A DNA stretch of 64,000 nt, from the IMG/VR virus record IMGVR_UViG_3300047481_001036, one strand, 5' to 3'. Below are positions 41,098 to 51,141 of the stretch, in pieces (position 1 is the first letter of the stretch; each line of letters starts with the position of its first letter). The notes beneath the pieces are model-generated. The model was not told where the DNA came from. It ran no database searches and saw nothing but the letters and a program-made list of their open reading frames with translations. Both the position numbers and the translations under genes were made by a program. This stretch comes from a virus.

Positions 41098-41556
41098 TTA
41101 TAGGTTAACTGATACTTTTGCGTAGCCGTCGCTATCTTTAGCACTCAAGAATTGACCAATCTTGACAGCGTTTGTTGAGCTAGTTCCAATGAGGCCGCTG
41201 GCGCCAACATAAGCATCAGCACCTGCCGAGGGCGTTGTGCCTGCTACAAGTTGATTGGTTGTGACTTGACCTTGACGTAAGAGAGTCACTTTACCACCAA
41301 CCTGTACTTCGTCTTTATGCCAGTTGATGTGTTGTCTTGTAAGATCAAGATTAACAACATCATTTAATAGCACACCAACAGGCTTAGCTCCGGAAGCAAC
41401 TGCGGCATAAGCGACCACAGCATTGGCATCATCCATAGATACGCCAACACCACTGGTAGCGGTAACCACACTAGCAACACCACCACGCTCAGCTGTTGTG
41501 TTCATGAAAAAAGAGATATCAGTTAAAAGTTCTACGCGATCTGGTTTTAGAGCCAT
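41098..41556 (-). CDS. Capsid decoration/cement protein
   Basis: 152-aa Gly/Ala/Val-rich, directly before MCP. Confidence 0.65.
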   Translation of the reverse strand: MALKPDRVELLTDISFFMNTTAERGGVASVVTATSGVGVSMDDANAVVAYAAVASGAKPVGVLLNDVVNLDLTRQHINWHKDEVQVGGKVTLLRQGQVTTNQLVAGTTPSAGADAYVGASGLIGTSSTNAVKIGQFLSAKDSDGYAKVSVNL

Positions 41557-41582
41557 TTTATTTCTCCATTATAATGGGTTAT

Positions 41583-43133
41583 TTACTTATTAGTTTTTTT
41601 GCCTAGTTTGCTATACACAAATTCAACCAAAGCTGCTCTAGTAGAATCCATTTCGGACTCTGCTTCGCCACCAATTGAAAGATTTACATCTTCCTGTACC
41701 TCAACAGAATCTAGAACAGCAGGATCAGCATTTTGAGATGCAGACTCGGTTGCTGTGTTAGTTTCGGTCTCTACTTCTTCGCTAGCTACTGCTTCTTTTT
41801 TTGATGTTAGAGTCGCAAAAACAGAAGCCATAGTATCGAAAGCATCGTCCGACATTGATTCAAATTTACTAACAACACTATCAGCAGTGTCATTATCTAA
41901 GCCCTTCTCAACTAGGGCGGCTTTTCTCTTTAGCATTTTTTCTTTTTTGAGCATTTCTTCTTCTTTGGTTTTGTATCCAGCTAATACTTCATTAAGAGAG
42001 CTAAGTTCTGTTTCCATAGACTCAATAGCAGCCTTCATTTTCTTAACTTCTTCTTCTTTGTGTTTTAGCTCTGTATCTTTCTTAGCTGCTTCTTCTTTAA
42101 TGGCATTAATCTCATTTTGACTAGCCTCAGTAAGAGCAACAATATCTGCTTGAAGTTTATCGTTTAATGACTGAAGAGATTGAACATCAACTTCAGCTTG
42201 AGCGACTACTTCAGTATTTTCTGTTGTGACTGTTGTCATTTCGGCATTCTCTGTATTTGCTACAGCGTTTTCTTCTTTGGCTAAACTCATATTTAAATTC
42301 TCCGAATTAATGCTGGATTGAAAATTTAATACACCTGATTCGATATTTTTTTGATTTTTTTCTGGTACCAATATTTGATCTGATTGATTACTGAAAGATT
42401 TTATATCTTTTTTACTAAAGATTATACTATCTTCATTAGCTGGTTTGTCAACAAAACCTTTACCAGTAAAAGTAATGTGTCTTAAAACTCTACCTATTTT
42501 ATAGTCTTGATGTTCGCCAATTCCGCCGTATGCTCTAAGATATTTAGTTAAATATGCGGTTTCATTATTTCTATTTAAAATTTTATACTCACCAGTCTGT
42601 TTATTGAGTACACCATAATCAAATCCTTTGAAAAAACATTCCATACTAACATACTTAGTTTGATTCTCTATTTCTGCTATAAGCTTAGAAGATCTTTCTC
42701 TTAAAGCAGGATTACTGAAGCCCTTATATATAACAGAACCCGTTAGAATATGGTACTTTTCAGGTAAATTCTCTACTGGAGTATTTTCGTCTATTAAAAT
42801 TCCTTCTTCTGTAATTGGCCAATTAGATATAATATGTCCTATAATAGTATTTTCATCATGCTCTAAATTTGTAGGCTTGTGTTCTGGAGTATTTTTAGCT
42901 TGCCATACTTCAGCTTTATCAAAAATATCATCATTTTTATTCCAAGAAGATGAGACCAAAATAGACTGTACATAGTATAGGTCTTCATCATCAAAAGAAG
43001 CAATACTTTTTAGATATTTGATTTGTTTGTTTTCTTGTACACAAGGCTCTACAAAACTAGCATAGGATACAGAGGCTTTGGTTTTAATAACCTCTTCTAA
43101 TCCGTCTTGTTTTTCTGATTCGTAAATAAGCAT
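41583..43133 (-). CDS. Prohead protease fused to scaffold
   Basis: NxEHD...IIGHI...VSMEC...GFVDKPAN, then acidic coiled-coil C-half. Confidence 0.75.
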   Translation of the reverse strand: MLIYESEKQDGLEEVIKTKASVSYASFVEPCVQENKQIKYLKSIASFDDEDLYYVQSILVSSSWNKNDDIFDKAEVWQAKNTPEHKPTNLEHDENTIIGHIISNWPITEEGILIDENTPVENLPEKYHILTGSVIYKGFSNPALRERSSKLIAEIENQTKYVSMECFFKGFDYGVLNKQTGEYKILNRNNETAYLTKYLRAYGGIGEHQDYKIGRVLRHITFTGKGFVDKPANEDSIIFSKKDIKSFSNQSDQILVPEKNQKNIESGVLNFQSSINSENLNMSLAKEENAVANTENAEMTTVTTENTEVVAQAEVDVQSLQSLNDKLQADIVALTEASQNEINAIKEEAAKKDTELKHKEEEVKKMKAAIESMETELSSLNEVLAGYKTKEEEMLKKEKMLKRKAALVEKGLDNDTADSVVSKFESMSDDAFDTMASVFATLTSKKEAVASEEVETETNTATESASQNADPAVLDSVEVQEDVNLSIGGEAESEMDSTRAALVEFVYSKLGKKTNK

Positions 43134-43156
43134 TTTATATGGCCTTTCGTATTAAA

Positions 43157-45349
43157 TTATTGATCAGATTCATTATACACCATAGAATAGAAAGAAGATT
43201 TAGCTTGTTTTACTTCATCAGTAGTTAAATCTCTTCCTAGATCCGATCTTAAATCTTTTAACCATAAATAAAAGTGATCAATATGATTTGTATTGGTATG
43301 CATACCACTAATATTTGCTTTGATATAATCTTCTGTAATATCACTAAATGGTTTTAAATCAAATAAAATTTTACTCTTTACATCTTCTAAATAGCTATAT
43401 TCTGCACTAGATAAACTGCGTAAATTTTTCTTATTATAAAAATCTAGAATAATAGGATTTATAATATTACTAATTTTTTCTTGAGCACCGTTTGCCCATA
43501 TATTAAGCTTGGCACCAGTTCTTGGACTAAAAGTTCTTTGTTTTCTAGGACCGGTATCTTTTGATAGTTTGGGTCTGCCTTCTCCTGGCTGACCTGATAA
43601 TCCATCATTAGTAACCGGCCGAGTATTAGTAGGAGCAGCTGGAGTCTTAAGCTCTATGGCTGTTTTTTCTCCTTTTTTCTTTTTTTCTAAATCTAAACCA
43701 ACCTCACTAGGAGTAACAATTCCTGATTGTAGTGCTATTTTCTTTAAAGCATTATCTATTTGAGGATCAAACCAAGGGCCTGATTTTTGTACCATACGAT
43801 TACTATCTCTTTCCCTATACTCCCTATTTAATCTAGACTTCTCCATATCTGGATCAATACCAAATTTGGTTTGTAATAATTCATCACTAATTAAATTACG
43901 ATCAGCTAATTGAACTAATAATGCCTTCTCTGAGTCTTCGTTAGATAAGTCCATTCTATCAAATTCTATTTTAGCCGGATGATTGAATCCCATAGCCTTC
44001 TGTACTAAAGCTATCTCTTGTTCCCAAAACTCTACTAATATATCTCTGCCATATTGAAGTCTTTGAGTTAAAGTTTTTAATGAGATAAAATTATTAGTAG
44101 TACCAGATGCTCCAAATGTTCCGGTAAGAGTGGGAGGAATACCAAGACCAGCATATACAGAATTAAGATGCGGAGTATACTTGCCTTCTCCTAGAAAGTT
44201 ATGTACATTAGTATTAGACTCCAATAGTTCTATGTCCGGACCCCAAATTAAATCCATAGTACCACCACCAACATTATTACCAAGTATAGAAGCTAATTTA
44301 GCTGTAGCGGCTTTAGTAGGTGCTATTTTATGTTCTAGACTTCCCAATTTAAAAATTCTAATGTTTGAGATAGCTCCGTCTAATGCTGCCATATCAGCTA
44401 GTTTTAATTTTTCTATTACAGCAATATCATCCATAATAGCATATATCATAGGATACGCCCATGACTGCCAATCATCTTTTTTATAATGGAATACTAGTGT
44501 TTTATTAGGATCTAAAGGATAACCTTTCTTAGTTTTTGCAGCTTCTATTATTTGAGCTGGTAGACCATCTACTACTTGTTTTTCTGCTGGTGTTTTAGGA
44601 TTGTTAATAGTTTTACGAAGTCCAGCGGGAAGTTGGATCTCATAAGTTTTATTCGTTATAAAAGAAGCTAAGGAACCAGCTGTGACTTCTACAAATACAG
44701 GATCTATAAAAGTATATTTCCAGGGAATCTCTCTTTTTTCTAATTCTGGTTCTGGTAAATCCGCTAGCTGCATATCAGCCGCCCCTAAAGATCTATATAA
44801 TTTATCTGTTCCTTTTAAACTTATCTTAGCTGTTCTACGATCTATAATAATATTACCGCTTTTATATAAATTATTTAAGAATCTTTCACTACGGTCTTTG
44901 CCATTAATTTTTTTGAACCATCTTCTATAAAATCTTTCTATTCTCTTATTACGATGTACTAATCTAATTCCCTGACTAGCAAAATCACCCATAAGATCTA
45001 CAACATTCTTAACTAAACCCACTCTTTGATATATATCTTCTGCTCGTCTCAATATGGCTTTGATATGAACAGGAGGGGCTTCTTGCGGTCTAAATTGATA
45101 GTAATCACTTTTAGTTAGTCCGGGGCGACTACCAGTATTACCATCTAGAGAAGAATAGTCTAAAGAATATCTTCTAGCGCCAAAAGCAGCAGTAGTCTTG
45201 TCTATTAATGTAAATTCATCTAGTGATGCAGAAGATGTTTTGAGCGCTTCTTGCTTGCTCTGAAGATCGTCTCCCCATGTTACGTAAGCTTCTTCGGGAA
45301 CGATATTGGCGTTATTTATGACGTCGTTTTTGGTTCTTTTTTTGCTCAT
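43157..45349 (-). CDS. Portal protein
   Basis: 730 aa between terminase and protease; LGIPPTL, C-terminal GRPK. Confidence 0.8.
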   Translation of the reverse strand: MSKKRTKNDVINNANIVPEEAYVTWGDDLQSKQEALKTSSASLDEFTLIDKTTAAFGARRYSLDYSSLDGNTGSRPGLTKSDYYQFRPQEAPPVHIKAILRRAEDIYQRVGLVKNVVDLMGDFASQGIRLVHRNKRIERFYRRWFKKINGKDRSERFLNNLYKSGNIIIDRRTAKISLKGTDKLYRSLGAADMQLADLPEPELEKREIPWKYTFIDPVFVEVTAGSLASFITNKTYEIQLPAGLRKTINNPKTPAEKQVVDGLPAQIIEAAKTKKGYPLDPNKTLVFHYKKDDWQSWAYPMIYAIMDDIAVIEKLKLADMAALDGAISNIRIFKLGSLEHKIAPTKAATAKLASILGNNVGGGTMDLIWGPDIELLESNTNVHNFLGEGKYTPHLNSVYAGLGIPPTLTGTFGASGTTNNFISLKTLTQRLQYGRDILVEFWEQEIALVQKAMGFNHPAKIEFDRMDLSNEDSEKALLVQLADRNLISDELLQTKFGIDPDMEKSRLNREYRERDSNRMVQKSGPWFDPQIDNALKKIALQSGIVTPSEVGLDLEKKKKGEKTAIELKTPAAPTNTRPVTNDGLSGQPGEGRPKLSKDTGPRKQRTFSPRTGAKLNIWANGAQEKISNIINPIILDFYNKKNLRSLSSAEYSYLEDVKSKILFDLKPFSDITEDYIKANISGMHTNTNHIDHFYLWLKDLRSDLGRDLTTDEVKQAKSSFYSMVYNESDQ

Positions 45350-45403
45350 ATTATTAATAGTAATGTAATCGAATTATAATGCAACTATCCTTTAGTATAC
45401 ACT

Positions 45404-47422
45404 TTATCTATAAATTCCTGTATAAATATCATCATTAGCTCCTCCTGTAAACCAGTCTGGTCCTTTATACATTTGTCCGTCTGTTTTGACCGAATTCCTA
45501 GCATCCGCACCTATTACATCATACTCTACTGGTCCTAACGTTCTGTTAATTTGTCTAGCTATCATATTAGCTATTAATAGCGCACTATATCTATCTTTAC
45601 GCAGTCTTCCTTTTTTGTTGTGTCCTGCTTTAGTTTCCGGAGTATCCCATCTGTCTCTGGAATTTGATGATTGACTAGTTTGAGTCATAACAATAGTGGT
45701 TAATTCATTTTTTAATTCTTCTATCTCTAGGATACATTCACTTAAGCTATCATATAAAGGGTTAATTTCATCTAATATTTCTTTGCCTTCTGATTCCATG
45801 GCTAGTCCTAGTGTTAGATTATCAAAAGCAGGAAATAGCAGAGCTTTATCCTCTAGGTCTTTTCGTAATCCGTGATTAGCTTGACTGGTCCATTCCGCTT
45901 TAGCAAATTGTATTAATTCTAGAATATGTAAGCCTTGTTGACTATCTGTATCTTTAAATTTATTAGCATCAATAATAGGCCATATTAATTGCTCTCCATT
46001 TTCTAATTTATCTGGATCGTGTAAAGCTTCTTCGATAGCAATACCACCTCCCTGAGCGTCTATTCCTATCCTCATCGGAGGAAAACTTTTCATCAAATTT
46101 CTAATTTTACGAACACAGAATCCATAGAAATCATGTTCATTGACTAATCCGGTTCTTTGTCTCTCTTTAAAATTAGCTCTGTTAGTAGTCCAACAATATA
46201 CGATTCTGGAATGATTCGGATGAGCCTCTAGTATTACTATACTGAAATTATCTTGCTCTGACGCCGGATCAATACCATAAATATATTGCTTATTAGTATC
46301 TCCTTTTATTGTAGCGTCAAACTTAATAATATGTCCATCTATAGTAATAGTGTTATTTGAAACTACACAACTCTCTATTAAACTACGTCTAAAAAATCCT
46401 TCACTATCTTTAACGAAACATGCGGCATACTCCATATTGTATATTCCCGCATGAATAGTGGCTTTGGCTCTAGATACTTGTTTATCATCCATGAATCCTT
46501 TAGGTATTAATTCATAAGGAATACGAATAATAGAATAGTCTTTCCAATTAAAATTTGCAGGAACTTCACCTTTAAATAGTTCTCTAAGTTTACGTTCATC
46601 TCCTTTACTTTCGATAATACCCTTATATCTTTTCCAATACTGAGCGAAATGCTTAAAGTCATAGTCTGCTGTACCAGATATTACGGCTTGATTACCCATT
46701 CTTTTATTTATTGTATCTAATTCGTCATTCCATACTCCAGCATCTATCATAGCTTGTCTCTTAGCTTCTTCTTTTACATTTTGAATGGGACTAGCGGATA
46801 CGGCTGCGAATCCAGAAACGACGGTTTCGTATATGTCTGGAGATATAGAACTAAACTCGTCAGCAAGAATAATATGTGCTCTTAAACCTCTAATCTTATC
46901 TCCTGTACCCATAGGAATAGCTATTGCCCAACTATCTCCTAATCTTATAGTGCATCTATCAACATCTCTTCTAGGACCGTCGTCATTACCAGAAAATATA
47001 CTTCGTAGAATAGGGCTGCCTTTCCACATATTTTCCATATACTCGAAAATAATCTTGCTCTGACGAAAGGCTGCACCAACAATAACTATTTTGGTACCAG
47101 GATAAAAAATACATTTTAATATAGCGTATAAGGCTAGCGTAAAACTTTTAGAGAATCCTCGACTACCAATTAACATAGGAAAAGGTCTATTCCAAATTTC
47201 TTGGAGTACTGCTATCTGAATAGGATGTAATTCTAGATTAAAAAGCAGTTTACATGTTGATCCTAAGTATCTAGGATCTCGTAATAGTTTTATGAGATGT
47301 AAATCTGGATTTTCTATGTCTTGTTCTGTCCTATGTATCATAGGATTATTACTTAGATTTAATGCACTTAGCTCTCCTAGTCCTAGCCAAGCATCATCGA
47401 AATTAGTTTTACCCATAATCAA
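45404..47422 (-). CDS. terL: Terminase large subunit
   Basis: GSRGFSKS Walker A-like, IRGLRAHIILADE Walker B, YGIDPA and KDRYSA nuclease motifs. Confidence 0.9.
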   Translation of the reverse strand: MIMGKTNFDDAWLGLGELSALNLSNNPMIHRTEQDIENPDLHLIKLLRDPRYLGSTCKLLFNLELHPIQIAVLQEIWNRPFPMLIGSRGFSKSFTLALYAILKCIFYPGTKIVIVGAAFRQSKIIFEYMENMWKGSPILRSIFSGNDDGPRRDVDRCTIRLGDSWAIAIPMGTGDKIRGLRAHIILADEFSSISPDIYETVVSGFAAVSASPIQNVKEEAKRQAMIDAGVWNDELDTINKRMGNQAVISGTADYDFKHFAQYWKRYKGIIESKGDERKLRELFKGEVPANFNWKDYSIIRIPYELIPKGFMDDKQVSRAKATIHAGIYNMEYAACFVKDSEGFFRRSLIESCVVSNNTITIDGHIIKFDATIKGDTNKQYIYGIDPASEQDNFSIVILEAHPNHSRIVYCWTTNRANFKERQRTGLVNEHDFYGFCVRKIRNLMKSFPPMRIGIDAQGGGIAIEEALHDPDKLENGEQLIWPIIDANKFKDTDSQQGLHILELIQFAKAEWTSQANHGLRKDLEDKALLFPAFDNLTLGLAMESEGKEILDEINPLYDSLSECILEIEELKNELTTIVMTQTSQSSNSRDRWDTPETKAGHNKKGRLRKDRYSALLIANMIARQINRTLGPVEYDVIGADARNSVKTDGQMYKGPDWFTGGANDDIYTGIYR

Positions 47423-47907
47423 TCAGACTCTTTTTCTTTTTTTACTGTTTCTATATAATGTATCTTTTTAAAAATATACTCTGCTAATTTTTGAGCATTA
47501 CTAGCATTACCACAAAATACAACATGTATATTATGTTGTAATTGTAAATCTAATATGTTTTTAATTAAAAAGGCTGGACTAATTTTAACTTTATCCCACA
47601 TTTTTTTGGGTACTGTAGAGCCTATTGGATAAACTAGTAAATCTTCTAAGTCAAATTCTAATAGTAAAAATGAATATTTAAGCTGACTCAATCGCATAAT
47701 TACATCACTAAATCTAGACTCAACAATATTTGTAGCAAATTCACTAGAGCTTTTTTTTCTTTCTATGCAAACAATGTCTTCTAGTCCTTCTATACTATAA
47801 TCCCCAGTATCTAGTTTTCTATGAGCCGTAGTGTGATTAACAAAAGACCAGGGTTGCTGCTCTCTTGTGTCAATAATGACTGTAAAATTGTTATAATTAT
47901 TTGTCAT
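47419..47907 (-). CDS. ERCC4/XPF-domain nuclease
   Basis: IIDTREQ...LDTGDYS...IERK motif. Confidence 0.85.
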   Translation of the reverse strand: MTNNYNNFTVIIDTREQQPWSFVNHTTAHRKLDTGDYSIEGLEDIVCIERKKSSSEFATNIVESRFSDVIMRLSQLKYSFLLLEFDLEDLLVYPIGSTVPKKMWDKVKISPAFLIKNILDLQLQHNIHVVFCGNASNAQKLAEYIFKKIHYIETVKKEKESD

Positions 47908-48172
47908 GATTATTCTTTTTAGTACTAACTATTTTTAAAAATACTGCCTCATAGATATCTTCTAGTCCTCGAATAAATTTATGATGATAATAACATAGTG
48001 TAATTCCGTTACTAACTTCGAATCTTAAACTAGGATAATGAGCCCATGTTTTAATATGATGAGCATTTAAACGTTTATTAACAGAACATCCAGGCCACTG
48101 ACATTGATGTTTGTCTCTAGTATATACTGCTTTTCTCCATTTTTTATATTGAGGGTCATTAAAATTACGCAT
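47897..48172 (-). CDS. HNH endonuclease
   Basis: RDKHQCQWPGC...AHHIK...NGITLCYYHH; likely start MRNF. Confidence 0.85.
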   Translation of the reverse strand: MRNFNDPQYKKWRKAVYTRDKHQCQWPGCSVNKRLNAHHIKTWAHYPSLRFEVSNGITLCYYHHKFIRGLEDIYEAVFLKIVSTKKNNHDK

Positions 48173-49151
48173 ATTTATTAATATCACTATTAACCATATC
48201 TCTAACTAAACTCTCAAAAGAAACTGTTGGTACCCATCCTAGATGTGATCGAGCTTTAGAACTATCTCCTTTGAGATAATTAACCTCGCATGGTCTATAT
48301 AATTCTGGATCTATCATCACATGATTTGTCCAATCTAAACCAACGAGATCGAAAGCTTTTTCTAGGAAATTTTGTACGGTATAGGTCTCTCCAGTACTTA
48401 GTACAAAATCATCTGCAACATTTTGTTGTAGCATTAAATACATACCATAAACATAATCTTTGGCATGACCCCAGTCTCTACTAGCTTCTAAATTGCCTAA
48501 TTTAAGCTTAGTGTCTGGACTGATAACTTTATTGATCAGTTTACCAATATAGCATGTAATTTTTCTAGTAACAAAATTTTCGCCTCGTCGTGGACTTTCA
48601 TGATTAAACAAAATGCCCGAACAAGCATATAAGTTATAGGCTTCTCTATAAATTTGTACCATACGATGACTAGCCATTTTGGCTACCGCATAAGGACTTT
48701 GAGGCAAAAACATTGTGTCTTCATTCTGATATTTATCATTATTTTTTAAGGTATAATTAGCTCCAAACATTTCGCTGGTGCTGGCTTGATAGAATCTAGT
48801 ACCAGGAGAAAATCTACGAATATTTTCTAATAGATTAATAACTCCAACAGTATCTATTTCGAATGTGGTAGTAGGCTGTTTAAAACTAGTTCCTACATGA
48901 CTTTGAGCCGCAAGATTATAAAGTTCGTCCGGCCTATATTTATCAATAATAGATGCTATATCACTAGGGTCTGTTAAATCAAATTCGTCAACAGAAAATT
49001 GAGGAGATGAAATATGAGAAATTCTATCAAAATTCAATGAACTACTGCGTCTATATAATCCGACTACATTATAATTTCTAGATAGTAATAACTCTGCTAG
49101 ATAAGATCCGTCCTGTCCTGTGACTCCGGTAATAAGTGCTGTTTTAGTCAT
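48165..49151 (-). CDS. gmd: GDP-mannose 4,6-dehydratase
   Basis: ALITGVTGQDGSYLAE, NLAAQSHV, FYQASTSEMFG, SPYAVAK, FNHESPRRGENFVTRKI, RDWGHAKDYV. Confidence 0.97.
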   Translation of the reverse strand: MTKTALITGVTGQDGSYLAELLLSRNYNVVGLYRRSSSLNFDRISHISSPQFSVDEFDLTDPSDIASIIDKYRPDELYNLAAQSHVGTSFKQPTTTFEIDTVGVINLLENIRRFSPGTRFYQASTSEMFGANYTLKNNDKYQNEDTMFLPQSPYAVAKMASHRMVQIYREAYNLYACSGILFNHESPRRGENFVTRKITCYIGKLINKVISPDTKLKLGNLEASRDWGHAKDYVYGMYLMLQQNVADDFVLSTGETYTVQNFLEKAFDLVGLDWTNHVMIDPELYRPCEVNYLKGDSSKARSHLGWVPTVSFESLVRDMVNSDINKYA

Positions 49152-49965
49152 TATGTACGCTTTCTGGTGTTAATAGGGGTTGGTCTACTACTCCGTCCTG
49201 ATAAGTATGATATTCACTTAATTTAGCCCTAACCTTATCTGTGGCCATAGCTAAAATTTCCATTTCTCGTCCTTCACGTTCTCTAGTTTCTTCGTCTTCC
49301 AACATTCGTATAAGACCGACCCAAGAGCTTTTGCCGTCCTCGATTCTTTTGATACGTTGCTCTCTGGTAGCTTTGAGGTCTTTACTTATTTTTTGCTGTT
49401 CGTTAAGAAGCTTGGTATACTCATTAGTATAGTTCGCTATGCTATTTCTAGCAAAGCTTAATTGAGTTTCCATATTTGCTAGTTTGGGAATATCTCTTTG
49501 GTCTTCGGGCTTAAGGTATTCGGCATCTACAAGCTTTTGTAATTTTTCAGTTTCGCTAATATGTCTTTTGCGTTCTTTCATAGAACGATTAATAAGAATA
49601 TCTATGGTTATAAATTGTTTAATCTGTAATTCTTCTGCTGGTAAAACGTCTTCTCGGAACTGTTTTATTAAACCTACCCATGTATCCTCAAAATATTGAA
49701 GTTCTCCGCTATCAGCATCAAACTGACGCTTGATTTCTAGCCAAAAGGTTTTGGTATGCAGTTTTTGTTTTAAGATATCATTTTCACTATGATCTGCTAT
49801 AATTGCTAGATTATTTTCTTCTGCATATCGTCGTACAGGATCAACATTACGATTAATGTTATCTGCTATTTGCTGCAAAGTTAAGGACTGAAAATTCTCA
49901 CGAATATATTTCTCTTCATCTAAGCTTAGTTGTCCTCGTTTTTTTGGAATGATTCTTTTTTCCAA
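49144..49965 (-). CDS. Hypothetical helical protein with N-terminal HTH (terminase small subunit candidate)
   Basis: LTLQQIADNINR HTH-like segment, coiled coil; lies upstream of terL. Confidence 0.4.
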   Translation of the reverse strand: MEKRIIPKKRGQLSLDEEKYIRENFQSLTLQQIADNINRNVDPVRRYAEENNLAIIADHSENDILKQKLHTKTFWLEIKRQFDADSGELQYFEDTWVGLIKQFREDVLPAEELQIKQFITIDILINRSMKERKRHISETEKLQKLVDAEYLKPEDQRDIPKLANMETQLSFARNSIANYTNEYTKLLNEQQKISKDLKATREQRIKRIEDGKSSWVGLIRMLEDEETREREGREMEILAMATDKVRAKLSEYHTYQDGVVDQPLLTPESVHND

Positions 49966-50591
49966 TTGTTGTCCTCCATTAGCTTAAAAATGTGAGCTTG
50001 TAATTTTGTTAGGTCCGCTTTGGGTACTTTAGCTCCATGCTTTAATTTTAAATATGTTTCTCTGTATTCTGATTGAATATTAGCGTCTAAAAATTGTATT
50101 AGTTCATTATTGGCTACTAAAGAATCTAAGTTTGTGTGACTTTCTGCGGAATTAAAATTATTTTCTATATATGATGGTTGTATAATATTCTTTTTAATTT
50201 CATTACGCTTAGCCCATGCTGCATATGGTACACAATCTTGCTTATTGGTAAATTGTGAACATTGATTAGTAGAATTTTTGCATAATTTATCATAAAAAGG
50301 ACAAGTATGACAAGGCTTATCGGGCCTTTGATAGTTGTTACGTTTATAGTTAAATAACCTATTCCTAACGTGTGTCCATAAAAAGTTTTCCAACGGTCTT
50401 TTTTTGTCGTAATTTTGAAGGCCTTCCAAAGCAAAAATAGCAGCTTGCTGTTTCATATCCTCTGTGCTGTGATATGCGAATCTAAACTTATTAGCTAATC
50501 TTTTGCTGATATTATCTAAAACTAATAAAAACTCTTCTGTGGATACTCCATTAGGTAGTTGGTTTGGTATTTGTAGTTTCTTTTTCTTCAT
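49926..50591 (-). CDS. Sigma70-family (ECF-like) RNA polymerase sigma factor with Cys-rich insert
   Basis: EDMKQQAAIFALEGLQNYD...LENFLWTHVRNRLFNYKR (region 2-like); CHTC...C...C...C. Confidence 0.7.
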   Translation of the reverse strand: MKKKKLQIPNQLPNGVSTEEFLLVLDNISKRLANKFRFAYHSTEDMKQQAAIFALEGLQNYDKKRPLENFLWTHVRNRLFNYKRNNYQRPDKPCHTCPFYDKLCKNSTNQCSQFTNKQDCVPYAAWAKRNEIKKNIIQPSYIENNFNSAESHTNLDSLVANNELIQFLDANIQSEYRETYLKLKHGAKVPKADLTKLQAHIFKLMEDNNWKKESFQKNEDN

Positions 50592-50721
50592 GTAGTAATT
50601 GCGCTATGGTTTTAGTTTCTGGACAATTCATATCGGATGATACATCACATATTGAGCCTGATGCACAAACCTTTAATGTGGAATTGGCCATATTTAATTG
50701 AGAAAAATCTAGATTGTTCAT
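50551..50721 (-). CDS. Possible small protein (56 aa)
   Basis: AAGGAA RBS, MNNLDFSQLNMANSTLKVCASG... Confidence 0.35.
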   Translation of the reverse strand: MNNLDFSQLNMANSTLKVCASGSICDVSSDMNCPETKTIAQLLHEEKETTNTKPTT

Positions 50722-50754
50722 TTTTTATTCCTTGCTTCAAACTTGCCAACTGTT

Positions 50755-50785
50755 ATTATAGTATGTTTTGTGTGGATATTGTCAA
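50755..50785 (-). promoter_or_regulatory. Sigma70-like promoter for the leftward (sigma/gmd/terminase) operon
   Basis: TTGACA-16-TACTAT (TATAAT at 19). Confidence 0.5.
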
Positions 50786-50813
50786 CTTAAATTGTAGGAA
50801 GGGAAATTAATTT

Positions 50814-51047
50814 ATGGCTAATTATAAGAAATGGACCGATGTGGAACTATCATATATTCAGGATAATCACTCGTTATTGTGTGATGAGAGTCTAGCCGCT
50901 TCGCTAAGCAAAATTACTGGTAGTCCTGTTAGTACCGCTATGGTAAGACGTCAAAGACGCAAACTGTCGCTAAAAAAGAGCAGAGGTCGCCCTAAGAAGA
51001 CTCCTAATGTTCAATCACCAGTACAGTCTAGTGAAGCTGTTTCTTGA
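50814..51047 (+). CDS. Small DNA-binding protein (Myb/HTH-like with RGRP AT-hook)
   Basis: KKWTDVELSYI...AMVRRQRRKL...RGRPKK. Confidence 0.65.
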   Translation: MANYKKWTDVELSYIQDNHSLLCDESLAASLSKITGSPVSTAMVRRQRRKLSLKKSRGRPKKTPNVQSPVQSSEAVS

Positions 51048-51072
51048 ACCTTTAATGACTCAATCTTTATGC

Positions 51073-51109
51073 AGAAAGAAGCTGGTTAGCGTATAGCCTG
51101 CTTCTTTTT
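51073..51109 (+). terminator. Intrinsic terminator-like hairpin
   Basis: AAAGAAGC...GCTTCTTTTTG. Confidence 0.55.
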
Positions 51110-51141
51110 GTATTTAAATGGCCAACCCCAGGAAATATCCC

